This document shows, piece after piece, positions 36,362-45,164 of a stretch of DNA of 64,000 bases. Location: the NCBI GenBank assembly GCA_900548115.1, contig URJL01000005.1, positions 2,434 to 66,433 of the forward strand. The letters are read 5' to 3'. The notes under the pieces are model-generated. The model was given only the letters and a program-made list of their open reading frames with translations. It was not told where the DNA came from and searched no databases. A program made the translations under genes and the position numbers. Source of the DNA: an uncultured Eubacteriales bacterium (lineage in GTDB: Bacteria > Bacillota > Clostridia > Oscillospirales > CAG-382). Every line of letters begins with the position of its first letter. Position 1 is the stretch's first letter.

Positions 36362-38293
36362 GTGAACAAAAAAATTACGGTGCGGGAGGCGGCATACGAC
36401 GCGGTGGTCGTCGGCTCGGGCATTGCGGGCTATCAATGCGCCGACGAGCTTTTGCGGGGCGGGATGAAAAACATTGCCCTGTATACCGAAAATCGCCTTT
36501 TCGGCACCTCCCGCAACACGGGAAGCGACAAGCAGACCTATTATAAAATGTCGCTTGCGGGCGATGAGGGCGATTCGGTTCTGCTTACGGCAAAGACGCT
36601 TTACGACGGCGGCGGAATGGACGGAGACATTGCCCTCTCTCTTGCGGCGTGTTCGGTCGAATGCTTTTTGAAGCTTGCCCTTTCGGGCGTTGATTTTCCC
36701 AAAAACGAATACGGCGAATACGTCGGCTACCGCACCGATCACGACCCGTTTTGCCGCGCAAGCTCGGTCGGACCGTACACCTCGACGCGCATGACCGAAG
36801 CTTTGGAAAAGAGTGCGCTCGCGCGCGGGCTTTCCGTCTGCGAGAACAGGCGGGTCGTTCGCCTGTTGGTGAGCGAAAACAAGCTTGTCGGGCTTTTGGC
36901 GCTTTGCACCGACGAAACGCAAGACGAAAACGAAATTGTTCTCGAAAAGATCAAAACGCCGCGCGTTCTGCTTGCAACGGGGGGACCGGCGGGCATGTAT
37001 GCCGACAGCGTTTATCCGACGTCGCAAAGCGGCGGCTCGTCGCTTGCCCTTACGGCAGGAGCGGAATTTTCCAACCTTTGCGAGGGACAGTTCGGGCTTG
37101 CTTCGACCGATTTTCGCTGGAACGTCTCGGGAAGCTATCAGCAGGTCTTGCCCCGTTACATTTCAGTGGACGAAAGCGGCGTCGAGCGCGAGTTTTTGCG
37201 CGAGCATTTCGAAAACGACTCCGAAATGCTGAAAAGAATCTTCAAAAAGGGCTACGAATGGCCCTTTGACCGCCGAAAAAGCGGCGGCTCGTCGAAGATC
37301 GACCTGCTCGTTTACCGTGAGAGCGTGACGCTCGGACGGCGCGTTTATCTCGATTTCCGCCGCAACCCGAGCGGGCTTGAAAACGGCTTCTCAGCGGCGG
37401 GAGAAGAAGCGGAAGAATATCTTCGGAATTCCGACGCGCTTCGCGCCACTCCCATCGCGCGCCTTTATGCCATGAATCCCGGCGCGGCGCAGCTGTATCT
37501 CGAGCACGGGATCGACCTTCAAAAAGTGCCGCTCCGCATTGCCGTCTGCGCACAGCACTGCAACGGCGGCATTCATACCGACGCCAATTGGGAAACGTCG
37601 GTCGCGGGTCTTTATGCAGCGGGCGAGGCGGCGGGAAGCTTCGGCATGTTCCGCCCCGGCGGCTCCGCGCTCAACGACTGTATGGTCGGCGGACTCCGCG
37701 CGGCGCAAAAAATGCTGCGGCGGGAGGAAAAAATCTCCGATGCGGCGTTTTGCGACGCCGCCGAACGGGCGATCTTCGATCTTTCTTTTCTCTTTGACCG
37801 ACTTTTTTCGGAAAACGCGCGGGAAAAGGCACTGTCCGAAGCGCTCCTTCGCGCACGCCGCCGCATGAGCCGCGCCTTCGGCTTTTTGCGGGATCTTGCC
37901 GAGATGAAAAAGGCCCGCGGCGAGATCGAAGAAGACATAGCGGCGCTGCCTGAGCTTCGCATAGCAAACGAGAGAGCGCTTTCGCTTTACTTCAAGCTTG
38001 AGGATACGCTGAAAACACAGCTTGCGACGGCGCACAGCATGATCTTCTGCGCCGAGCGCTTCGGCGCGCGGGGCGCGGCGTATGTCTGCGACGGGGCGTT
38101 CGAAAACGAGCTTTTACCGCGCGGCGGAGAGGATCAAAAAATCATTTTAAAGAAAGAAAACGGTTCTTTTTCGGTGTGCGCCGTGCCGACAAGGCCGATC
38201 CCTTCGCGCAATTTGTGGTTTGAAAGTGTGTGGAAAAGCTATCGGGAGAGCCGAATCGAGAACGACAAAAACAAGGAGGAAAAAAGCGAATGA
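36362..38293 (+). CDS. FAD-dependent oxidoreductase (fumarate reductase/succinate dehydrogenase flavoprotein-like fold)
   Basis: Dinucleotide-binding YDAVVVGSGIAGYQCA near the N-terminus. Second FAD motif GLYAAGEAAGS. About 640 aa. GTG start. Confidence 0.72.
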   Translation: MNKKITVREAAYDAVVVGSGIAGYQCADELLRGGMKNIALYTENRLFGTSRNTGSDKQTYYKMSLAGDEGDSVLLTAKTLYDGGGMDGDIALSLAACSVECFLKLALSGVDFPKNEYGEYVGYRTDHDPFCRASSVGPYTSTRMTEALEKSALARGLSVCENRRVVRLLVSENKLVGLLALCTDETQDENEIVLEKIKTPRVLLATGGPAGMYADSVYPTSQSGGSSLALTAGAEFSNLCEGQFGLASTDFRWNVSGSYQQVLPRYISVDESGVEREFLREHFENDSEMLKRIFKKGYEWPFDRRKSGGSSKIDLLVYRESVTLGRRVYLDFRRNPSGLENGFSAAGEEAEEYLRNSDALRATPIARLYAMNPGAAQLYLEHGIDLQKVPLRIAVCAQHCNGGIHTDANWETSVAGLYAAGEAAGSFGMFRPGGSALNDCMVGGLRAAQKMLRREEKISDAAFCDAAERAIFDLSFLFDRLFSENAREKALSEALLRARRRMSRAFGFLRDLAEMKKARGEIEEDIAALPELRIANERALSLYFKLEDTLKTQLATAHSMIFCAERFGARGAAYVCDGAFENELLPRGGEDQKIILKKENGSFSVCAVPTRPIPSRNLWFESVWKSYRESRIENDKNKEEKSE

Positions 38294-39294
38294 AAACGAG
38301 CATTTTTTTGGGAGACGCGCGTGTTTTCCGGATCTATCACGGCGACTGCTTTGCCGCTTTGCAAAAAGAAGCCGATCTTGAACCGACTTTGTATACAAAA
38401 GACGACGTTTTAAAAGACCCGCAAGCCTTTTCGAAGGTCGAAACCATTTTTACGACGTGGGGAATGCCCGCCTTTACGGAAGAGGAAATCCGAAACGCCT
38501 TTCCGTCGCTGAAGGCGGTCTATTACGCTGCGGGCAGCGTCCGCTATTTTGCCGCACCGTTCCTTTCCTGCGGCGTGCGGGTGCATTCCGCATGGGCTGC
38601 CAACGCCGTTCCCGTGGCGGAATGCACGACGGCGCAGATTCTTCTTGCGAACAAAGGATTCTTTAAAAGCTGCCGCCTTTGCTCGAAGGAGCGCGCCCTG
38701 CGCGACGAGGCGAAGCGGTATGCCGAAGAAAAGAGCGGAAATTTTGACGCGAGCGTCGGCATTATCGGCGCGGGCATGATCGGCAAGATGGTCATCCGTG
38801 CGCTGAAGTCTTACGATCTTAAAGTCTTAGCATACGATAAATTTCTTTCAAAAGAGGAGCTTGCGGCGCTCGGTGCGGAAAAAGTGACGCTTGACGCGCT
38901 GTTTTCGCGCTGCGATACGATCTCCAATCATATCGCCAACCTTCCCGAAACGGTGGGCATGCTTCGTTACGAGCATTTTTCCCGCATGAAGAAAAACGCG
39001 ACCTTTATCAACACGGGAAGAGGCGCGCAGGTGGTCGAAGAAGACCTTTTGCGTGCGCTTATCGAAGAGCCCGACCGCACGGCGATATTGGACGTGACCG
39101 ATCCCGAGCCGCCGCTTGAAGAAAGCCGGCTTTACGGTCTTCAAAACGTCTTTTTGACGCCGCACATTGCCGGCTCGAGCGGAAACGAGGTTCGCCGCAT
39201 GGGCGAATATATGCTTGAGGAATATCGCCGCGGGGCGCGAAACGAGCGTTTTCTTTACGAAGTCACGCCCAAAATGCTTGAGACCATGGCGTGA
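38290..39294 (+). CDS. D-isomer-specific 2-hydroxyacid dehydrogenase family, NAD-binding
   Basis: Start ATG 38290 overlaps the upstream stop (ATGA). GIIGAGMIGKMV (GxGxxG), NTGRGAQVVEEDLLRAL, LDVTDPEP, TPHIAGSS. Confidence 0.85.
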   Translation: MKTSIFLGDARVFRIYHGDCFAALQKEADLEPTLYTKDDVLKDPQAFSKVETIFTTWGMPAFTEEEIRNAFPSLKAVYYAAGSVRYFAAPFLSCGVRVHSAWAANAVPVAECTTAQILLANKGFFKSCRLCSKERALRDEAKRYAEEKSGNFDASVGIIGAGMIGKMVIRALKSYDLKVLAYDKFLSKEELAALGAEKVTLDALFSRCDTISNHIANLPETVGMLRYEHFSRMKKNATFINTGRGAQVVEEDLLRALIEEPDRTAILDVTDPEPPLEESRLYGLQNVFLTPHIAGSSGNEVRRMGEYMLEEYRRGARNERFLYEVTPKMLETMA

Positions 39295-39309
39295 AACGGA
39301 GGGTAAAAC

Positions 39310-40068
39310 ATGAATCCGAACGAAAATCGCGCGGGACTTGTCTCGATCTCGTTCCGCGGCAAAACACCGAGCGAAATTCTTGCGGCGTGTAAAGATGCCC
39401 GCCTTACGGCGATCGAATGGGGCGGCGACGTTCATGTTCCGCACGGTGACAAAAAAAACGCACGCGCGGTGCGGGATAAGACCGAAAAAGCGGGACTTTC
39501 GATATCCGAATACGGCTCGTATTATCACATCGGCGACGGAAACGAAAAGCTGTTTGACGACGTGCTTCTCTCCGCCGAAGCATTAAAAACCGACTGTATT
39601 CGCGTTTGGGCGGGAAAGAACATTCCGTCAGCGGAGTATCCGACGCAGGATTACCGTGCCGCCGTCGCCGATGCAAGACGCATTTGCGCGCTTGCCGGAG
39701 ATAAGACCGTCGCGCTCGAATGCCATCCGTTCAGCCTGACCGACGAATATCACGCGGCACAGCGCTTTCTTTCGGATGTCGGGTGCGACAATCTGAAAAT
39801 GTTCTGGCAGCCGAATCAGTACCGAAGCGAGGAATATAATGTTGAAGCCGCCCGCGCGCTTTTGCCGCATATCGTCCGCGTACACGTTTTTTCGTGGAGC
39901 GCGACCGAGCGCTTCCCGCTGGAACACGGAAAAGAGGCATGGCGGCGATACTTGGATGTTCTCTCCGCAAAGCCGCTTTTCTATATGCTCGAATTTATGC
40001 CCGACGACCGTATCGAATCGCTCCCGCACGAGACGCAGACGCTGAGAGATTGGCTGGAGCTGCAATAA
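39310..40068 (+). CDS. xylose-isomerase-like TIM-barrel protein (sugar phosphate isomerase/epimerase family)
   Basis: Alternating beta/alpha pattern with family-typical conserved His/Glu positions (IEWGGDVHVPHGD, IRVWAG, ALECHPFSLTD, KMFWQPNQ, VRVHVFSW). Assignment by resemblance only. Confidence 0.6.
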   Translation: MNPNENRAGLVSISFRGKTPSEILAACKDARLTAIEWGGDVHVPHGDKKNARAVRDKTEKAGLSISEYGSYYHIGDGNEKLFDDVLLSAEALKTDCIRVWAGKNIPSAEYPTQDYRAAVADARRICALAGDKTVALECHPFSLTDEYHAAQRFLSDVGCDNLKMFWQPNQYRSEEYNVEAARALLPHIVRVHVFSWSATERFPLEHGKEAWRRYLDVLSAKPLFYMLEFMPDDRIESLPHETQTLRDWLELQ

Positions 40069-40089
40069 GAAACGCAAAATCGAACAAGT

Positions 40090-40119
40090 GAAAATCCCCT
40101 CCGAACGGAGGGGATTTTC
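40090..40119. terminator. bidirectional intrinsic terminator
   Basis: GAAAATCCCCTCC-GAAC-GGAGGGGATTTTC between convergent genes. T-run on both strands. Confidence 0.78.
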
Positions 40120-40127
40120 CTTTATTT

Positions 40128-42620
40128 TTATTGATCCGAATTTGCCAAAACCGCCGCGTAAACAAGCTTTGCCGCCTCGGCGCGGGTCACCGTATCGTCG
40201 GGACGGAAGGTAAGCGTTCCCTTATCGCCGTCGATGATCGAAAGTCCGTAGGCAATGGCAAGATAGCCGATATCCTCTTCTTTGATCAGCGGGTTATCGG
40301 AAAATTCGGTGCGGTAAATGCCGGAAATCTTTGCCGCGCGCGAAAGATTCATCGCGTCGATGATCTCCTTGACCGCCGTAAGGCGCGTCACGCTTTCGGT
40401 CTCGGGCGTTTTTTCGTTTCGCGAATAGCGATAATACAATCCCGCGCGGGAAAGCATCGTCGAAAACTCCTCCGACGTGATCTTCTCATCGGGGCGGAAA
40501 GTGCTTTCGCGCGAAAGGATTCCGACACGCGCCAGCTTTTCGATGTAATCCTTTGCCCAGTGCGAATCAATGTCGGTAAAGTCGCCCTGCGGAATTTCCT
40601 CGATCACGCTTCCGTTATACGTCACTTTTTTGCCCGTGAGCGCGCCGATATAAGTGCGGGGGTCTTTCGGCGAATAAACGGGGCGCGCCGTAACGGTGCG
40701 GGAATAGAGATCGGACGTGCCGTAGTAGAAATTGACGGCGGAAACGGGGTCGACGCCGTAATATTCGGCGCAAAGCGAAATAAGACCGTCAAAATCGGCG
40801 GCGGCAAGGTATTCGTTCACCTTCGCCTTATCCAGCTCCGGAGCCAGCTCGGAAACGATTTCTTCTGCCTTATTCGGACTCTTTTTAAGGCGCAGGATCA
40901 GATTTTTCAGCTTATCGCCGTCGCTCTTTTCGATCGTGCCGTAAAAGTATTCGGTATAATCCTCATAGTAAAGTTCGACGTCGGAAAGGTCGAAATACAA
41001 ATCGAATGCCTTTTCTTCGGTGATCGCGTCGCGGGGCGACTCGAAAACAAGATCGTTCGTCCACGCCGTCGAGAAGCGTGAAATTTTTCCCGTAATGCCG
41101 TCGACCGTGCCGCAAATGTAATCGGCGTTGTAATCCAGTCCCTCGTTCACGCGGACAAAGCGATACCCGTATGCGCCGTAGGTGCGGTCGGTTACCGTGC
41201 CGTTTTCGTCGTAAGCCACAAAGATCGTGTTTTCGTCATACAGCTCCGAACGGCGGGTAAGATCAAAATAATCGGTATTTTGCTTTGCAAAATCCGCAAG
41301 GACTTTTTCGCAGTCGCTCTCGCTGTATTGCTTCTTCGGAACGTCAAGCCCGTTCTTCTCGTAATACCATGCGTCGTGCAGATCGGAATCAAAGCGAAGA
41401 ACGCGTCCCGTTTTCGCGTCAACCGTGGCGCTTGCCGAAACATAATCGTAATAATCGGGGCTGTCCGCATCGCGCTCGGGCATGGTAAAACGGATATTCC
41501 ACGTAAAGTTGTCGTCGCCTTCGTTCTGCGGCACATAATATCGGCTGTGCGAGAATCCGCGCGAAAGGCTCGCTTCGACAACGCTCAGGCGGATATCGAG
41601 GTACAAAGCGGGGTTATCGGTGATCTTCTTTATCGCTTCTTCCTTGGTTATAAGACCGGAAAGTTCCGAAAGCCCCGCCAGCTCCTCTTCGGTCAGGGTG
41701 TATTCGACCTCCGCTTCCGCCGCATCGGCTTTTGCCGTATCATTGGAAAACGACCCGCCCGAACCGCCGCCGACGGGACTCCACGAAGAACGGGTGGTAT
41801 AAACCTCGCCCGTTACCGCGTCGATCGAAAGATTCGTTCCCGACGGGCGGTAAACGAGAACCGCTTTTTCCTCGACCGTGCCGTCGTCGTTGTAGGTGCG
41901 GTTGGTTGTGTACGAAAGCTCCATTTTCAGCGTTCCGCGAAGGATTTCCTTCGCCTTTTCCGCCGTTATGGGGTTTTCGACGCTTCGAACGACGGTGTCG
42001 TAATTGTATGTAACGTCACATCTTGTGACCTCGCCCGTCAACGCGTCGACAGCAACATCGGCGCTCTGAAAAGGATCCGAAAGACCGTTTTCGGTACGCA
42101 AAAAGCTGAAAGAATAGGTCGGGCGCGATATTCCCGAAGCGTCGCTTGCCGACGATAAGGCAAAATGCGCGTCGGGCGCAAGGCGGGAAAGAAAGCTCTT
42201 TGCCGTTTCGATATATTCTTCCTTTGCCTTTTCGGGAAAAGCGAAGGGCTCGTCGCAGCGTGCGGAATCGTAAAGGCTGTACGAAATAAGATTGCCCTTT
42301 TCGTCACACGAAACACGCACGCTTTTGTCTCCGTCGGGGCTGCTCCAGGTCAGCGACCACGAAGCGTCGGAATATGGGCTTCCTCCGGTATAATCCCAAC
42401 GGAAGTCGGTGCATTCCGTCGGAACCGAAAGGCGGGGTTTTATAATCTTTATAACAGTCTCAAGCGCTTCGGTCGTCGGCTCGTCGTTTTTTTTCGATAC
42501 GGGGTTTTCCGCGATCAAAAGCGTGTCGCGGCTCACATCGGTTGCCGATACACTCATCGGCACGGCGGAAAGACTTATAAGTCCCGCCATAAGACACAGG
42601 GCAAAGCGGTTCTTTTTCAT
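40128..42620 (-). CDS. secreted cell-wall protein: PepSY-like repeats plus C-terminal SLH domains
   Basis: Signal peptide MKKNRFALCLMAGLISLSAVPMSVSA. Four PepSY-type endings (DALTGEVTRCD, DAVTGEVYTT, DAKTGRVLRFD, DGITGKISRF). C-terminal SLH modules (FTDIDSHWAKDYIEKLARVGIL, FRPDDTVTRAEAAKLVY). Confidence 0.78.
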   Translation of the reverse strand: MKKNRFALCLMAGLISLSAVPMSVSATDVSRDTLLIAENPVSKKNDEPTTEALETVIKIIKPRLSVPTECTDFRWDYTGGSPYSDASWSLTWSSPDGDKSVRVSCDEKGNLISYSLYDSARCDEPFAFPEKAKEEYIETAKSFLSRLAPDAHFALSSASDASGISRPTYSFSFLRTENGLSDPFQSADVAVDALTGEVTRCDVTYNYDTVVRSVENPITAEKAKEILRGTLKMELSYTTNRTYNDDGTVEEKAVLVYRPSGTNLSIDAVTGEVYTTRSSWSPVGGGSGGSFSNDTAKADAAEAEVEYTLTEEELAGLSELSGLITKEEAIKKITDNPALYLDIRLSVVEASLSRGFSHSRYYVPQNEGDDNFTWNIRFTMPERDADSPDYYDYVSASATVDAKTGRVLRFDSDLHDAWYYEKNGLDVPKKQYSESDCEKVLADFAKQNTDYFDLTRRSELYDENTIFVAYDENGTVTDRTYGAYGYRFVRVNEGLDYNADYICGTVDGITGKISRFSTAWTNDLVFESPRDAITEEKAFDLYFDLSDVELYYEDYTEYFYGTIEKSDGDKLKNLILRLKKSPNKAEEIVSELAPELDKAKVNEYLAAADFDGLISLCAEYYGVDPVSAVNFYYGTSDLYSRTVTARPVYSPKDPRTYIGALTGKKVTYNGSVIEEIPQGDFTDIDSHWAKDYIEKLARVGILSRESTFRPDEKITSEEFSTMLSRAGLYYRYSRNEKTPETESVTRLTAVKEIIDAMNLSRAAKISGIYRTEFSDNPLIKEEDIGYLAIAYGLSIIDGDKGTLTFRPDDTVTRAEAAKLVYAAVLANSDQ

Positions 42621-42670
42621 ATTGTCGTCTCCTTTATGGTATTGAATTTACTCTTACGTCCTTTAGGACG

Positions 42671-42694
42671 AAAAAACAGGGAAAAAGTTCCCTG
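42671..42694 (-). terminator. intrinsic terminator after rlmA
   Basis: Minus strand: CAGGGAA-CUUU-UUCCCUG followed by UUUUUU. Confidence 0.6.
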
Positions 42695-42763
42695 TCTGAC
42701 CGTATCGTAAACATTGTTTTATGACGCGAAACGACTTCGTTCGCTTCCGCCTCGCGAAGATCC

Positions 42764-43576
42764 TTACGCTTTTCGATACACACCGATGCGAAAGGAAAGC
42801 TCGGTTTCGAGCCGCTCCAAGCCTTGCAGCTTCTCGCCGTCGCTTTTCGAGGTCTTCCAATAGTACGGCGTCATGGCGAAAAGGTCGCGGATGGCGCCGC
42901 CGTGTACGGTCACGGTATAATCGCACGTGATCTCGTCGATCTTTCGAAAGCCTTTATATTCGCGGTGCTTTTCGGGATTGTCGTAAGGGGTGTCGTAAAG
43001 CGCCTTTTTCAGCCCCGAAAGATGGCGCGGACCGGGTCCCGCGACGAAAAAGAAGCCGCCGTTTTTTAACACGCGCGCCGTTTCCTCCTCGGCGATCGGT
43101 GCGAAAACCGAAATTGCCGCGTCGGCGATTCCGTCAAACAGCGGGAGCGCAAAAAGACTGCACACGGCATAGCGGCAGGGGTTTTCCTTGCCCTTTTCAC
43201 ATTTTGCCGCCGTTTTCACGGCGTTTTTCGAAAGATCGACGCCGAAAAGCGACGCTTGCGGAAAGCTTTCCCGCAAAACGCGAAGATAGTATCCTTCCCC
43301 GCTTCCGCAGTCGATCAATACCGAAAGGGACGGAGTGTATTTTTGCACCGCTCCCGCCAGCGCGTCGGCAAAGGGACGGTAATAACCCTCGGAAAGAAAG
43401 CGGTGTCGGCTTTGCGACATTTCCTTGTCGTCGCCGCTCTCGCTTTTTCCGAGCGCAAGATTCAAATATCCTTCGCGCGAAAGGTCGAAGGTGTGGTTTT
43501 GCGGACAGCGAAAGCCGTTTTCGCAGAAAGCAAGCGTCCCGCCGCAGACGGGACAGCGATACGAAAGGAAAAACAT
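42764..43576 (-). CDS. rlmA: 23S rRNA (guanine-N1)-methyltransferase RlmA family
   Basis: N-terminal zinc ribbon YRCPVCGGTLAFCENGFRCPQNHTFDLSREGYLNL. SAM motif LIDCGSGEGYY. Start at ATG 43576. Confidence 0.85.
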   Translation of the reverse strand: MFFLSYRCPVCGGTLAFCENGFRCPQNHTFDLSREGYLNLALGKSESGDDKEMSQSRHRFLSEGYYRPFADALAGAVQKYTPSLSVLIDCGSGEGYYLRVLRESFPQASLFGVDLSKNAVKTAAKCEKGKENPCRYAVCSLFALPLFDGIADAAISVFAPIAEEETARVLKNGGFFFVAGPGPRHLSGLKKALYDTPYDNPEKHREYKGFRKIDEITCDYTVTVHGGAIRDLFAMTPYYWKTSKSDGEKLQGLERLETELSFRIGVYRKA

Positions 43577-43688
43577 AAAAACCTTTCCTCGATTCAAAAG
43601 TGTCGGAGCATACAAAAAACCGCGCAAAGTATGAAAAGCAAACGCTTCGGGCATACTGATACGGGAAAAAATTTACGGAGGAAAAACC

Positions 43689-44144
43689 ATGGATAAACGA
43701 TATTTTTCCGAGCGGGAGAAAAAAGAATTTCGCAAGTTTGCGGACGATCACGCCCCGAAGCGCAAGCTTTCGGTCGATCTGTGCCTTTCCTTTCTCGTCG
43801 GCGGAGCGATCTGCACGGCGGGTCAGGGACTTTTTGCGCTGTACAGCCGCTTTATCCCCGAAGAGGACACGGTGCGCACGCTTGTCTCGGTGACGCTTAT
43901 TTTTCTCTCCTGTTTGTTCACGGGAATCGGGCTTTACGATTCGCTTGCAAAGCACGCGGGCGCGGGAACGCTCGTCCCGATAACGGGCTTTGCCAACGCT
44001 GTCTGCTCCCCCGCGATCGACTCGCGCGCGGAGGGGTTTATTCTCGGCGTCGCGTCGAAAATGTTCGTCATCGCAGGCCCCGTCATCGTGTACGGCTGTG
44101 CCGCGTCGGTGATCTACGGCATTGTTTATTATTTCGTCCGCTGA
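43689..44144 (+). CDS. spoVAC: stage V sporulation protein AC (SpoVAC/SpoVAEB family)
   Basis: FLVGGAICTAGQG...VPITGFANAVCSPAIDSRAEGFILGVASKMFVIAGPVIVYG is the typical SpoVAC sequence. Confidence 0.85.
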   Translation: MDKRYFSEREKKEFRKFADDHAPKRKLSVDLCLSFLVGGAICTAGQGLFALYSRFIPEEDTVRTLVSVTLIFLSCLFTGIGLYDSLAKHAGAGTLVPITGFANAVCSPAIDSRAEGFILGVASKMFVIAGPVIVYGCAASVIYGIVYYFVR

Positions 44145-44166
44145 CTGCGGCTGATCGTCGGTACGG

Positions 44167-44787
44167 TCAGCCGATAAAATCGGAAAGCGATACCGAAAAC
44201 TCGTCGCGGAAAAGGGTGTAGAGCGCCGCGGCGGGAAGTCCGACGACGTTGTCATAATCGCCGACGATCTTCTCGACGAGCAGTGCACCTATGCCTTGGA
44301 TTCCGTATGCGCCCGCCTTGTCGAGCGGCTCGCCGCTCCTTACGTAGGCGCGTATCTCCTCGTCGGAAAGCGTGCGAAAAAAGACCTCGGTCGCGACTGT
44401 GCGCGACACTTCTCTTCCGCGGTACAAGACCGTCACGCCCGTATGCACGGTGTGGCTTTTTCCCGAGAGCGTGTGAAGCATTTGCAAAGCGTCCTCTTCG
44501 TCGTGCGGCTTTCCGAGAAGTCTTCCGCCGCGCTCCACCATCGTGTCGGCGGCGAGAATCGGAATTTCCTTTCCCGCCGCTTTTCCATCAAAAAGGAGCT
44601 TTTCGGCTTCGCATTTTGAAAAGACCGCACGCGCCTTACGCCGGGACAGCGCCGCGACCGTCTCGGCGGGCGAGAGCAAAGCGGAAACGCTCTCGTCGGC
44701 ATCGGCGGGCAGAACCGTAAACGATACGCCGATCCGACGCAATATTTCCGCCCGACGCGGCGAGGCGGAGGCGAGTAAAAGATACAT
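44167..44787 (-). CDS. maf: Maf-like nucleoside triphosphate pyrophosphatase / septum formation protein
   Basis: MYLLLASASPRRAEILRRIG... and C-terminal DKAGAYGIQG. Start at ATG 44787. Confidence 0.9.
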   Translation of the reverse strand: MYLLLASASPRRAEILRRIGVSFTVLPADADESVSALLSPAETVAALSRRKARAVFSKCEAEKLLFDGKAAGKEIPILAADTMVERGGRLLGKPHDEEDALQMLHTLSGKSHTVHTGVTVLYRGREVSRTVATEVFFRTLSDEEIRAYVRSGEPLDKAGAYGIQGIGALLVEKIVGDYDNVVGLPAAALYTLFRDEFSVSLSDFIG

Positions 44788-44877
44788 GGCAGAAATCTCC
44801 TTTCGTGGGGTGAAAAAACGGCGGTTTGGGCGTTTTGCGCCACCCGCTCTCGACAGGCAGAGTCCGTATTTCAAATT

Positions 44878-45132
44878 TTATTTGAGCAATTTTTTGCCCA
44901 ATACATAGGTAAGCGTCACAAAAATGACCGTCGAAACGGTAATATCGATGCTCGCGCCGAGTGTCAGGCGCAAAACGCCGAGATCAAGATCGAAGGGCGA
45001 CGCCGTGCCGAAGGTCAGACCGTAGGAAAGCCACGAAAGATACGGGTTTCCCGAACACAGCGACGCGACGAGCGAGCCGATCACGATGCCCGCGCAAAAC
45101 AGAAGTATATCCCGCCAAAAGCTTTTCGTCAT
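44878..45132 (-). CDS. DUF4321 small membrane protein
   Basis: 84 aa. LLFCAGIVIGSLVASL...LSYGLTFGTASPFDLDLGVLRLTLGASIDI matches the DUF4321 pattern. Often next to maf/mreB loci. Confidence 0.72.
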   Translation of the reverse strand: MTKSFWRDILLFCAGIVIGSLVASLCSGNPYLSWLSYGLTFGTASPFDLDLGVLRLTLGASIDITVSTVIFVTLTYVLGKKLLK

Positions 45133-45164
45133 GGTATTCTCCTTCCGTTACAGTTTTACAATTA

